From IMG/VR virus record IMGVR_UViG_3300037585_001448, positions 29,141-93,140 of that record: a DNA stretch of 64,000 nt; one strand, 5' to 3'. Source of the DNA: a virus. The position numbers were made by a program, and so were the translations under genes. A model generated the notes under the pieces. That model was given only the letters and a program-made list of their open reading frames with translations. It searched no databases and had not been told where the DNA came from. Below, piece by piece: positions 56,185-64,000 of this stretch; positions within the stretch are counted from its first letter, which is position 1, and every line of letters begins with the position of its first letter.

Positions 56185-56420
56185 ACATCGGAGTCGCCAC
56201 GGCCCCGATGCCACGCCTGATGCGCTGCGATCTGTTCACCGTGCATATCCAACTTGAGATCCATCATCACCGTGCGCCGGTCGATTGAATCCAGAACCCG
56301 GCGGTTTGATTCGTGCGCTGCATCATTTGATGCCCGCATCCGATGAGCAAGCATTGACAACGAGCCACCGATCGTCGCCGTCGCGACAGCACCGATAGCG
56401 GTCACGACCTCAGCGGTCAC
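56181..56420 (-). CDS. Small membrane protein (holin-like TM + coiled coil)
   Basis: N-terminal TM helix then helical tail. Confidence 0.55.
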   Translation of the reverse strand: MTAEVVTAIGAVATATIGGSLSMLAHRMRASNDAAHESNRRVLDSIDRRTVMMDLKLDMHGEQIAAHQAWHRGRGDSDV

Positions 56421-56785
56421 CGCTTCCCACCGTCATACGGAGTCGCATGACCAAGGCTGACCATCTCATCATTCAGGCACTCGCCGTCTGCGTTGAGAAT
56501 ACGACCGAGGATGCGCCCGTACTTACCCTTGTCATCAAGGCTGGTCTGGATGATGACCCGATTTTCCAGCCCGCTGATCCAGTCTTCGACATACCGCTTC
56601 GCAGCGAGGCCCGCCTGCTTCTCTACGGCGTCTCTGGTCCTTGACTCTGGGGCGTTCACCCCGTGGAACCGAACCCGGCCCTTCATCTGGATGTCGAAAC
56701 CAAGATCCAGAGTTACGTCGATGGTGTCGCCATCCACGACACGATCTACTGCTGCTCGGTAATGAAACAGGTTGCTGCTACTCAC
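56417..56785 (-). CDS. Thermonuclease (SNase-like)
   Basis: RVVDGDTIDV...RVRFHGVNAPE...GKYGRILG; GGAGG SD then GTG at 56785. Confidence 0.85.
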   Translation of the reverse strand: MSSSNLFHYRAAVDRVVDGDTIDVTLDLGFDIQMKGRVRFHGVNAPESRTRDAVEKQAGLAAKRYVEDWISGLENRVIIQTSLDDKGKYGRILGRILNADGECLNDEMVSLGHATPYDGGKR

Positions 56786-56907
56786 GCTTTGACCTCCGGT
56801 TAGTCGTTGAGTGTAGACGGGTGGATCAGCCGCGATGGACTTCTCCAACGCGACACGGGCCTGACTGGATTGGTAGCGCAGGTTACGCCACGACCCACGG
56901 AGACCGA

Positions 56908-59900
56908 TTATTCGACCTCTTCGATGGTGAGTCGGTACCACCCGGCATTTGCGTTGTTGTAGACGGAGGCACGCACCACATAGTCGCCCGCAGCCTGATT
57001 CGTGCGTTCGATGCGGCTGTCCCACTGATCGCTCACGTTGTCGATCACCGGGACGCCATCAGAGCAAGCGCCCCCGGTGTCGCAGTAGGTGATCGTCGGG
57101 GTTTCGTCCACATCCACGGCGGTACTCGGCGGGCTGATGCAAGCCGAGTTTGGTGAGCAGTCTCGCCCACCGTCATCGTCTAGTTCGATGAGGGTGCCAA
57201 CCGTGATCTGGCTTTGGTCTGCCGAATGGTCTCCCTCGTCAGAGTCCGTGTCGTAGTTCAGATAGATGTACGGGTCGGCAGCCTCGTTGTTCGTATTGAA
57301 CTGGGCACGGGTCAGGTTTGTTTCAGCGTCGATACGGATGCTCGTGGGTTCGTCCAGAGTGAACTGGATGTAGTCATAGTTGGTGCGGCTAGTAGACGAG
57401 ACGATGCACCAGTCGCCCATGCCCCTCCAACCACCCTCAGCGCAGCCTTCCTCAGTACCTACGGTTGCTGTCGTCGTGGACGCTTCCGTGTAGGGGTCTC
57501 CGACCGTGACCGTTGTCGCTTCGGGACTCCAACCGCGCACCGTTGAGCAACCCGCCTGTACCCCGTCAGAGAACGTGCAGGTCGTCATGTCCGACCCGGT
57601 GCGCCCCACGGCAGTCGTCGTGTCAACGAACGTATTGGTGACCGTCGTGGCAGTCGTGGTGTCCAGATGCCAGTGCCCGTCGTTGCTGTTGTGGGTCAGG
57701 ATTCCTGACTCGCTGGTCGTGGTCGCGGTTCCGGTCTGGGCGGTAACGGTGTTCGTGGAGATCGTCTCAGACAAGGGAGTGTCCGAGTAGGTGTAGGTAA
57801 TCGTCGGGACATGGACCGGTGCCACATACACCTCCACTATTCCTTGCTCAACTACGAAGTCGGGCAGCACCTCACCCGCGACATCGGCGTCAACGTCCCC
57901 TGCTTCTACGGCCACGACAACCGCGGCCCACCCGGTGAACCCCACCGGGACTACGCCCCAGTCGTCGTAGTAGGTCGGATCGTTCGCTGCGTCGTAGTCG
58001 TCCCATGTGCCGAAACCAGCAGGTGGATCTTCACAGGCTGATGTGCCCCTGCACTCAGCGAACCGATCCCATGATGGAACGGTCGTGGTTGGCGGCGGTG
58101 GCAGGGTCGTCGGCGGCGGCGGCACCGTGGTTGTGGGAGGCGGCACCGTGGTCGTCGGAGGCGGCTCGGTCGTTGTCGGCGGCGGGGCGGTAGTTGTGGG
58201 AGCGGGCGGCTCGGTTGTCGTAGGCGGTGGAGCAGCCGTGGTGGTCGGCGGCGCAACTGTAGTTGTCGGTGGTGGGGTCGTCGTCGTCGGTGGGGCCTGT
58301 GTCGTAGTCGGTGGGGGAAGAGTCGTCGGAGGGGCAACGGTCGTCGTCGGTGGCGGGAGGGTTGTCGGAGGGGCAGCCGTCGTTGTCGGCGGCGGGAGAG
58401 TCGTCGGAGGCGACGGCTCATCTATCACCTCAGGCTGAAGGTCTGGTTCCCAAGCGGCAACCACCACCCGGTCGTCTGCCTGTTCTTCGATGAACACCTC
58501 AGTCCAACCCTGAGGCTCCTCGTCCCACCACTCCTCCTCCTCAACAACGGCGAACGTCTCCACCACGGCTTCGGCCTGTTCCTCAAACCACTCGTCGTCG
58601 TAGTCAACCTCGTCCCACTGTTCGTCTTCCCAGTAGTCGTCTTCGACTATGAGCATTTCGGCGAGATCAGGGGCGTCGTCAAACTCGGCGGGAGGTTCCC
58701 ACTCGTTACGTTCTTCGATCTCTTCGACATACGACTCGCCTAGCACTTCTTCCACGCGGTCTTCGGCTACCGCTTGAAAGTATTCGGCGTCCGACGCAAC
58801 CCACGCTTCGACCTCTTCTTCCTGCTGGTCGATCACTCCGGTGTCTTCATCGAAGGTGAGTTCCAACACGACAGGTGCTTCCGGCACCGGAGGTGTGGTG
58901 GGTTCCGGCGCTGCCGGGTCGGTGGGCACCGTCGGGGCCGGGGCGTCCACTTGGTAGGCGGTCATGTCTACTTCGACTGCCGCTAACTCCACTCCAGCGT
59001 TGTCGGCTATGGCGATGGACAGCACCGAAGGCTGTTCAACCACAACCGGTTCGTCTGGGGTTGGTTCCCCGGCTGGCGGCTCAACGGGGGGAGCCGCGAC
59101 GAACTGGACGGCGACCTGTTGGCCCTGCTCTATCTCTATCTCAATCTCAAGGGCGTCCACCGCAATCGCGACAGTTGCTTCTTCGATGTCGGCAACCGCG
59201 ACGGCTTCCTCGGAGAACTGAATCAGCGACGTTGATTCACGCTCCGGTTCCGGTTCGCCCGGTACCACCGGTTCAGGTTCAGGCTCCGGTTCGGTGGGAA
59301 CTTCCGCTTCGATCTGGACAGATCGCTCGTCGTCAAGGATGAGAAGCGAGAACGCCTGCGTGGTATCTTCGTCGGGTTCCTGCTCCAGCGGGGCTTCGGT
59401 ACTTGAGGGGCTACTTGGGCGGCTTGGTTCGACCTCCGCTGGCGCGGGAACGTCAATAACGTCAACGTCGGCGGTGAAGTCTTCAACACCCGGCGGTAGG
59501 AACACCAGCACCGGATCAGCGGTGCTTGGCCCTGAGATCAGGTACCGGTACGTCGCCCCTTCGATCTCGTTGACGAACGTCCCGTCGTAGTAGCCGAGCC
59601 GGTCACCGTCCTCGGTTTCGACCTGAATGGACATCTGCTTGTCGCCTGATGCGGCGACGGTGAGCATCGTTCCGGCTTCCTTGTCTTCGGTAGGGCAGAA
59701 CCCGCATGTGAATGGTCCTGACCGTGAGGTCATCGGGGTCAACTCCATCGTTCCTGCGCCACCACCCCACGCCTCAGACGCTTCGGTCGGGTTGGTTGCT
59801 GCTAGGGCGTAGGCCCAACCGTTCTCGTCTACGTCGATCCACCGATCCGAGGTCGGCCAGTTGGAGTCGTAGATGTAGATGCGCCACCGGTCGCCGTCAG

Positions 59901-60654
59901 TGGTGACCTTGTATGGGGTGACCGCGTGGCCTCCGTGCTCCGAGTAGATGCCGACGGTGTAGCCAACAGTTGGTTCCCCGGCTTCGGCTGCTGCGAAGTC
60001 TTCGTACAGGATGCGAGCCAGCGCCAGCGGGGACAGTTCAAGGAACACTGACGCCTGCTCCTGTACCTCGGTGGCGAACTGGGTGACGTACCAGTAGGCG
60101 ATCTCCGACAGGAGCGCCGGGTCGGTCTTGACCAGAGCGGCAACCTCTTCGACGTTCTGGAACGACGACAGGGTGGCTGGGTCGTTGGCGAGTCGTAGCG
60201 ACAGGACGGTGAGACCTTCACACAGGCCACCGCGCATCGACCGGTTGGCCTGCTGGATCAACTGGAGGATCACCGGGTACGGCGTACATTCGTTGTCCAC
60301 CACGCTGGAACAGACCTGCGTGTCGCCGTAGAAGCGGCGGGCCATGTTGACGGTCAGTTCGGCGGGTGCTTCGCCGCCTCCGAAGTTCTCAAATGAGAAG
60401 CCGTCCCGGTCTGGGGTGTACCGCAGCGACGCCCCCACCGCTGTGGCTTCCGGGGTCGGCTCGGCAACCGTCGGCGTAGTCGAAAGCGGGGTGTCCGCGG
60501 GCACCGCTGGGACGCTGGTTGTTGAAGTGCCCTGAGCCGGTTCTGGAGCGGTCGTAGTAGCCGCCTGAGGGGTCTCAGCAGGGGTAGCGGCTTTCCCCCC
60601 GCAGGAGGCTGCCAGAAGCGCCGTAAGGACGGCTAGCCATAGACGCCGGGTCAA
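56908..60654 (-). CDS. Large lipoprotein (1248 aa): papain-like C-H-D domain, Pro/Thr stalk, C-terminal PPC-like domain
   Basis: Lipobox LAASC; GLCEG / GGHAV / YDSN; PPTTT repeats; ADPYIYL...DDDGG...GDYVVRAS...YRLTI. Confidence 0.75.
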   Translation of the reverse strand: MTRRLWLAVLTALLAASCGGKAATPAETPQAATTTAPEPAQGTSTTSVPAVPADTPLSTTPTVAEPTPEATAVGASLRYTPDRDGFSFENFGGGEAPAELTVNMARRFYGDTQVCSSVVDNECTPYPVILQLIQQANRSMRGGLCEGLTVLSLRLANDPATLSSFQNVEEVAALVKTDPALLSEIAYWYVTQFATEVQEQASVFLELSPLALARILYEDFAAAEAGEPTVGYTVGIYSEHGGHAVTPYKVTTDGDRWRIYIYDSNWPTSDRWIDVDENGWAYALAATNPTEASEAWGGGAGTMELTPMTSRSGPFTCGFCPTEDKEAGTMLTVAASGDKQMSIQVETEDGDRLGYYDGTFVNEIEGATYRYLISGPSTADPVLVFLPPGVEDFTADVDVIDVPAPAEVEPSRPSSPSSTEAPLEQEPDEDTTQAFSLLILDDERSVQIEAEVPTEPEPEPEPVVPGEPEPERESTSLIQFSEEAVAVADIEEATVAIAVDALEIEIEIEQGQQVAVQFVAAPPVEPPAGEPTPDEPVVVEQPSVLSIAIADNAGVELAAVEVDMTAYQVDAPAPTVPTDPAAPEPTTPPVPEAPVVLELTFDEDTGVIDQQEEEVEAWVASDAEYFQAVAEDRVEEVLGESYVEEIEERNEWEPPAEFDDAPDLAEMLIVEDDYWEDEQWDEVDYDDEWFEEQAEAVVETFAVVEEEEWWDEEPQGWTEVFIEEQADDRVVVAAWEPDLQPEVIDEPSPPTTLPPPTTTAAPPTTLPPPTTTVAPPTTLPPPTTTQAPPTTTTPPPTTTVAPPTTTAAPPPTTTEPPAPTTTAPPPTTTEPPPTTTVPPPTTTVPPPPTTLPPPPTTTVPSWDRFAECRGTSACEDPPAGFGTWDDYDAANDPTYYDDWGVVPVGFTGWAAVVVAVEAGDVDADVAGEVLPDFVVEQGIVEVYVAPVHVPTITYTYSDTPLSETISTNTVTAQTGTATTTSESGILTHNSNDGHWHLDTTTATTVTNTFVDTTTAVGRTGSDMTTCTFSDGVQAGCSTVRGWSPEATTVTVGDPYTEASTTTATVGTEEGCAEGGWRGMGDWCIVSSTSRTNYDYIQFTLDEPTSIRIDAETNLTRAQFNTNNEAADPYIYLNYDTDSDEGDHSADQSQITVGTLIELDDDGGRDCSPNSACISPPSTAVDVDETPTITYCDTGGACSDGVPVIDNVSDQWDSRIERTNQAAGDYVVRASVYNNANAGWYRLTIEEVE
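58082..58415 (-). repeat. Pro/Thr low-complexity repeats (PPTTTxx)n
   Basis: Degenerate ~21-24 bp units in the lipoprotein stalk. Confidence 0.85.
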
Positions 60655-61091
60655 CGACGGCGACGGGATTGGTACCAGAACAAGAAGCCGACCACCACGA
60701 CCAGAACCGCAGCGACGACGACGACGGTCATGGACCCGCCGGGTGCTCCACTCATGTCGATGGAGAAGTTCTTGGTGCCCCCGCCGAGCAGATCGCCTTC
60801 GGCTTTCATATCGGCGACGGCTTCTTCAAGTTGCGCGACTTGGAACTCCAGTTGGGCTTTGGAGTCAGAGTGGTCGCTGAGGAATCCGAACGCACCTCCG
60901 AAGGTCGCAGGCAACCCGACGATGTACGCGATGTTGTCCTTGATCTTGTCGATCAGGCTGCTGGCGTGTTCAACGCGGGCCGTGATCCCCGGAGGGGGAG
61001 GCGGTGGAAGCGGCGCAGAAGATGTTGCGAAGTGCTCTTCGATGGTTCGCTGGATGCTCCGCAGGGCTTCCGTTGTTTGATCGTTGTCCAT
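60651..61091 (-). CDS. Membrane protein (2 hydrophobic segments)
   Basis: Overlaps the lipoprotein start; C-terminal TM + RRRR. Confidence 0.65.
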   Translation of the reverse strand: MDNDQTTEALRSIQRTIEEHFATSSAPLPPPPPPGITARVEHASSLIDKIKDNIAYIVGLPATFGGAFGFLSDHSDSKAQLEFQVAQLEEAVADMKAEGDLLGGGTKNFSIDMSGAPGGSMTVVVVAAVLVVVVGFLFWYQSRRRR

Positions 61092-61101
61092 CGTGGCTCC
61101 A

Positions 61102-61120
61102 TCCGGCCACGACGGGCACT
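61102..61120 (-). promoter_or_regulatory. Candidate Com-type RNA operator AGTGCCC-N3-GTGGCCGGA, site 2
   Basis: Matches 19642..19660; overlaps a stem abutting the ATG at 61091. Confidence 0.55.
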
Positions 61121-61148
61121 ACATCTGCTGGTACTTAGTGGTCGTGCA

Positions 61149-61406
61149 TTAGTCTTCTGGCAACTCTGCCGGGTCTGCTGAGGTCTTGACTAGCGAACCG
61201 CTAGCATCCCCAAACGGAAGGATGCTCGCAGCATACGACTTGAGAATCGACAGCGCAGCCGGAGCCGCGGAAACCGCGATCATTTTCATCGTGGACAGGT
61301 CAAGGTCAGCCATCCCAGACGCCGCTATCAGCCCGGCGGCACACTGAAAATACGTGGACAACGCCCTCTCACAAACGTCGAAAAGTTGGGAGCGGTCTAG
61401 TTTCAT
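61149..61406 (-). CDS. Holin (r1t-like)
   Basis: ERALSTYFQ...AAPAALSILKS; in the lysis cassette. Confidence 0.75.
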   Translation of the reverse strand: MKLDRSQLFDVCERALSTYFQCAAGLIAASGMADLDLSTMKMIAVSAAPAALSILKSYAASILPFGDASGSLVKTSADPAELPED

Positions 61407-61771
61407 GTGGTCACCGACGGCTTCTTCGCTGCGGGCTTCTTAGCCGCAGGCTTCTTCGCGGGGGCCTTCTTCGCGGCAGGCTTCTCAACCTCCGGCTCAG
61501 GTTCCTTCTCGGCAGCCTTCGCCTTCGGCTTGGCCGCTGCTGGGTGCGCTGCCTTGGCTAACGCCTCCCAAGTCACCGGACCGACGTTCCCGTCGGCAGC
61601 AAGGTGCTTCGCGTTCTGGAAGTCCACAACAGCACGCTGCGTACCAAGAGCAAACCGACCATCGACCAGCATCGGGTACCCAAGGTCACGCAAGGACTCC
61701 TGTAATGCCCTGACATCATGTGTGTTTGTGGCTGTCGTAACCGACAACCAAGATCGTTCGCTCATCATCAC
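61403..61771 (-). CDS. Stand-alone peptidoglycan-binding protein with PAAKK tail
   Basis: DVRALQ..L..LGY...DG.F...T..AV..FQ....L.ADG.VGP.TW. Confidence 0.8.
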   Translation of the reverse strand: MMMSERSWLSVTTATNTHDVRALQESLRDLGYPMLVDGRFALGTQRAVVDFQNAKHLAADGNVGPVTWEALAKAAHPAAAKPKAKAAEKEPEPEVEKPAAKKAPAKKPAAKKPAAKKPSVTT

Positions 61772-61773
61772 TC

Positions 61774-62514
61774 CTAACTGGTGAACAGGGCGTCGAACGT
61801 CTTGACATCAACGACGCCTGTGGCGGTCAACCCTTCCTTCTTCTGGAAAGACCGAACGCCTGTTTGTGTCTTCCTACCGTAGATCCCGTCGGCAGCGCCG
61901 ACACGGATGCCCTTGTTGCCAAGCAACGTCTGGACAGTCTTGACTGCTGCGCCCCGCGACCCGCGCTTCAACGGTGTTGAAATCACCGTCTGGCGTTGCG
62001 CGTGGATTGCCGCGGCGATTCCCTTCCAGTCCATCTTGTGCTTGGGTGCGTCGTGGCGTTCGTAGGGTTCGCCGGTCAGGGCCGGAGCCGGGAACCAGTC
62101 GGTGGACTTGCGTGGCTGGTGATGCCACCATTCGCTAGCCACCGTTGGTCGGCATCCGAACTCTGTGGCGATCTTGTTGATGTCAGGCTTCGGGAGTTTC
62201 TTGTCCAACTGTTGGAGATCAACGGCGTAGCACCAGCCGTCCAACTGCTGTTGATGCCAACTTCCCCGCCAGATCCCGAGGCCATCCAAAGCCTTCTCAC
62301 CAAACCGACGGTCAGGGTTGGCCGCAAGTATCTTGGACCGACCCGACTTGTACCGGTCATAGAAATACTTCTGGTCGGCGTAGGACCGGCACCCCGACGA
62401 CACAGCCACCCGACCCTCAATACGGGAATCAGAGAAGAACGCCTCAAGGCGCTGAACAAACTTCGGGTGCAACAAATCCACCCGAACGGTGCTCTTCGTG
62501 GTTGGAATGTCCAT
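61774..62514 (-). CDS. Endolysin (M15 peptidase + PG-binding domain)
   Basis: SGCRS, SWH, AVD, EWWH zinc-peptidase motifs; C-terminal PG_binding_1. Confidence 0.85.
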   Translation of the reverse strand: MDIPTTKSTVRVDLLHPKFVQRLEAFFSDSRIEGRVAVSSGCRSYADQKYFYDRYKSGRSKILAANPDRRFGEKALDGLGIWRGSWHQQQLDGWCYAVDLQQLDKKLPKPDINKIATEFGCRPTVASEWWHHQPRKSTDWFPAPALTGEPYERHDAPKHKMDWKGIAAAIHAQRQTVISTPLKRGSRGAAVKTVQTLLGNKGIRVGAADGIYGRKTQTGVRSFQKKEGLTATGVVDVKTFDALFTS

Positions 62515-62822
62515 CAGTCGGCGTCAAGAAACTGGACGGTGGACTCAAGAAACGTATAGACCTCGCTCATCGGCATGTTCAACTGCTGAATCGAAGCGCA
62601 AATCCCGTTGGCTTCCATGATGGCTTCCAACGGAGGGTTCACCCACTGAGGCTTGTCAGGATTCGGGTTGACATAGCCGGGATTGAAATGGGCGGTGATC
62701 TCATCAGCGACCGCCTGAGCCTCAGCCTCCGTAGCGTAAGGGCCGACAGCCGTCGTCGCCAGCAACTTGCCGGGATGCGGGTTGTGCGTAAGCACGCAGT
62801 AGATCATCGTGGCAGATGGCAT
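62514..62822 (-). CDS. Hypothetical protein
   Basis: AGGAG SD; TGATG coupling to the endolysin. Confidence 0.6.
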   Translation of the reverse strand: MPSATMIYCVLTHNPHPGKLLATTAVGPYATEAEAQAVADEITAHFNPGYVNPNPDKPQWVNPPLEAIMEANGICASIQQLNMPMSEVYTFLESTVQFLDAD

Positions 62823-62849
62823 GTCAGTCTCCTGTCGGTGTCTCTGTCC

Positions 62850-63200
62850 TTAGGTGAACACTGAGGCGGCTAGAAGAAGCGTTGCCGTGTCAACCACGAC
62901 ATTCACGGTCACCGTGCCACTCGTTCCACCACCCGAGATAGCCGTACCCGCCGTCACCCCGGTGATGTCGCCGAGCGAAACGATGTCCGAGATCAAAGCC
63001 TTCTTCGTCGTGTTGTCGGTGACATCCTCAATGGCGACGTAATCCGTCGCAACGGCGGTCGCCGAAGTCAGTTCGTTGACATCCATCGCCAACGAAACTG
63101 CGCCTGCGGACCCTCCACCGGACAGGCCGTCCCCGGCTACGACGGAGGTGATGTCTCCGGTCGGTACCTGATCGACCCTCTGGTTGATGCGCCCGCCCAT
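62850..63200 (-). CDS. Short tail-fibre-like protein, paralogue of 6816..7199
   Basis: QRVDQVPTGDIT...GDITGVTAGTAISGGG. Confidence 0.7.
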   Translation of the reverse strand: MGGRINQRVDQVPTGDITSVVAGDGLSGGGSAGAVSLAMDVNELTSATAVATDYVAIEDVTDNTTKKALISDIVSLGDITGVTAGTAISGGGTSGTVTVNVVVDTATLLLAASVFT

Positions 63201-63209
63201 GTCAGCCTC

Positions 63210-63500
63210 CTAGCCGAAATACGTTACGAAGATTGTGCTGTCCGACGACCCGGTACGAATGAACTTGATGTCAGCCATACTGTTGAATACCTCCAAAACT
63301 GAGTACGGGTTCAGATAGTGACCCACACTCGCGGTCGGGGTACCCCAACGGACACGGATCGGTTCCGCACCGTTCGTAATCAGTCCCGTCAACGCCCCCG
63401 AAGCGACCGACGCCAAAGGGACAGCGGTGCTGGACACGACAAGTTGCTCATCGCCTTTCAGCACCCCGTAAGCGGACGCTGCTGCTTTCTGCATACTCAT
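63210..63500 (-). CDS. Virion-associated protein, paralogue of 7202..7495
   Basis: Shared motifs. Confidence 0.7.
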   Translation of the reverse strand: MSMQKAAASAYGVLKGDEQLVVSSTAVPLASVASGALTGLITNGAEPIRVRWGTPTASVGHYLNPYSVLEVFNSMADIKFIRTGSSDSTIFVTYFG

Positions 63501-63501
63501 G

Positions 63502-63906
63502 TCAGACCCCCGGTCCCGGATAGCCAGCGTTCTGCTCGGCTGCCGTTCGTGCTGCCTCGCCTGCTGCCGGGCCTGACCCGTCCTTCGCTACTTCGGCGTC
63601 GTATGCGGCCTGCCCGATGCGGGTGATGGGCGGCGACTTCGGCCAGACGACGTTGCTGTTCCGCAACCCGCTAGTAGCCAGCAGGTCACGCAACTCCTCC
63701 CGGTACGTCTGCCAGTCGGCCAGCGAGTCGGAGCCGAGCGGGAAGTCTGCGACCTGTGTCCGGTCGGTGCGGTCAAGGAAACCGTTGCGCCGGTTACGGA
63801 TCGGCGACAGGTCCAGATCAAACGCCTCAGCCTGTGCGTCCTGCGCTGCTTCTTCTTCTGCCGTCAGGTCTGAATAGACCCCGTTGACAACCTTCTGTCT
63901 AGCCAT
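63502..63906 (-). CDS. Tail fibre assembly chaperone, paralogue of 7979..8305
   Basis: MARQKVVNGVY.DLTAEEEA; WQTYREELRDL. Confidence 0.75.
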   Translation of the reverse strand: MARQKVVNGVYSDLTAEEEAAQDAQAEAFDLDLSPIRNRRNGFLDRTDRTQVADFPLGSDSLADWQTYREELRDLLATSGLRNSNVVWPKSPPITRIGQAAYDAEVAKDGSGPAAGEAARTAAEQNAGYPGPGV

Positions 63907-64000
63907 TTCTATGCTCCTGTTACTCCGTAGAGGGTGAACGATGAATACTGCATCAGGTCGCCGTTTTGCGGGTCGATAGTGATTGAGGTGATCGCAGCGG
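63875..64000. repeat. Direct repeat, copy 2 (includes the 3' end of a second copy of 8308..8838 at 63909..>64000)
   Basis: Identity with 8274..8399; truncated by the window end. Confidence 0.95.

Noticed and set aside
1-64000. tRNA/rRNA genes and stop-codon recoding
   Set aside because: No cloverleaf or rRNA-like segment noticed by eye (tRNAscan-SE not run); genes are intact under code 11 with all three stop codons used.

Overview
Tailed-phage DNA of high GC, most likely from a phage infecting an actinobacterium (probably Acidimicrobiia-like). The host call is inferred from leaderless TANNNT promoters, a DUF2786 + HExxH gene pair, an r1t-type holin and a Pro/Thr-rich lipoprotein. Positions 8301-8399 recur exactly at 63902-64000 (offset 55,601 bp), so ~8.3-63.9 kb looks like one complete circular or terminally redundant siphovirus-type genome. 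That unit holds TerL, portal, MuF, protease, capsid, neck, two tail-tube paralogues, a frameshifted tail chaperone, tape measure, fibres, a lysis cassette, a lambda-style initiator with iterons, ERF and SSB. I saw no integrase or DNA polymerase. Positions 1-8.3 kb carry a paralogous tail-end module followed by small, medium and giant ORFs resembling podovirus ejection proteins, probably a second phage joined through the shared tail module (chimera or recombinant). Highlights: (1) a 1896-aa polyvalent MuF protein (MuF + RelA/SpoT-like synthetase + 2 zeta-like kinases + 2 ART-like domains), with four candidate small immunity genes and a stand-alone alarmone-hydrolase-like HD gene; (2) a Mu Com-like zinc finger with a candidate RNA operator (AGUGCCC-N3-GUGGCCGGA) at two start-occluding leaders; (3) a dispersed family of promoter + start-associated-sequence cassettes driving accessory genes; (4) a 1248-aa lipoprotein with a papain-like triad next to the lysis genes. 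All domain calls come from motifs read by eye, not from database searches.
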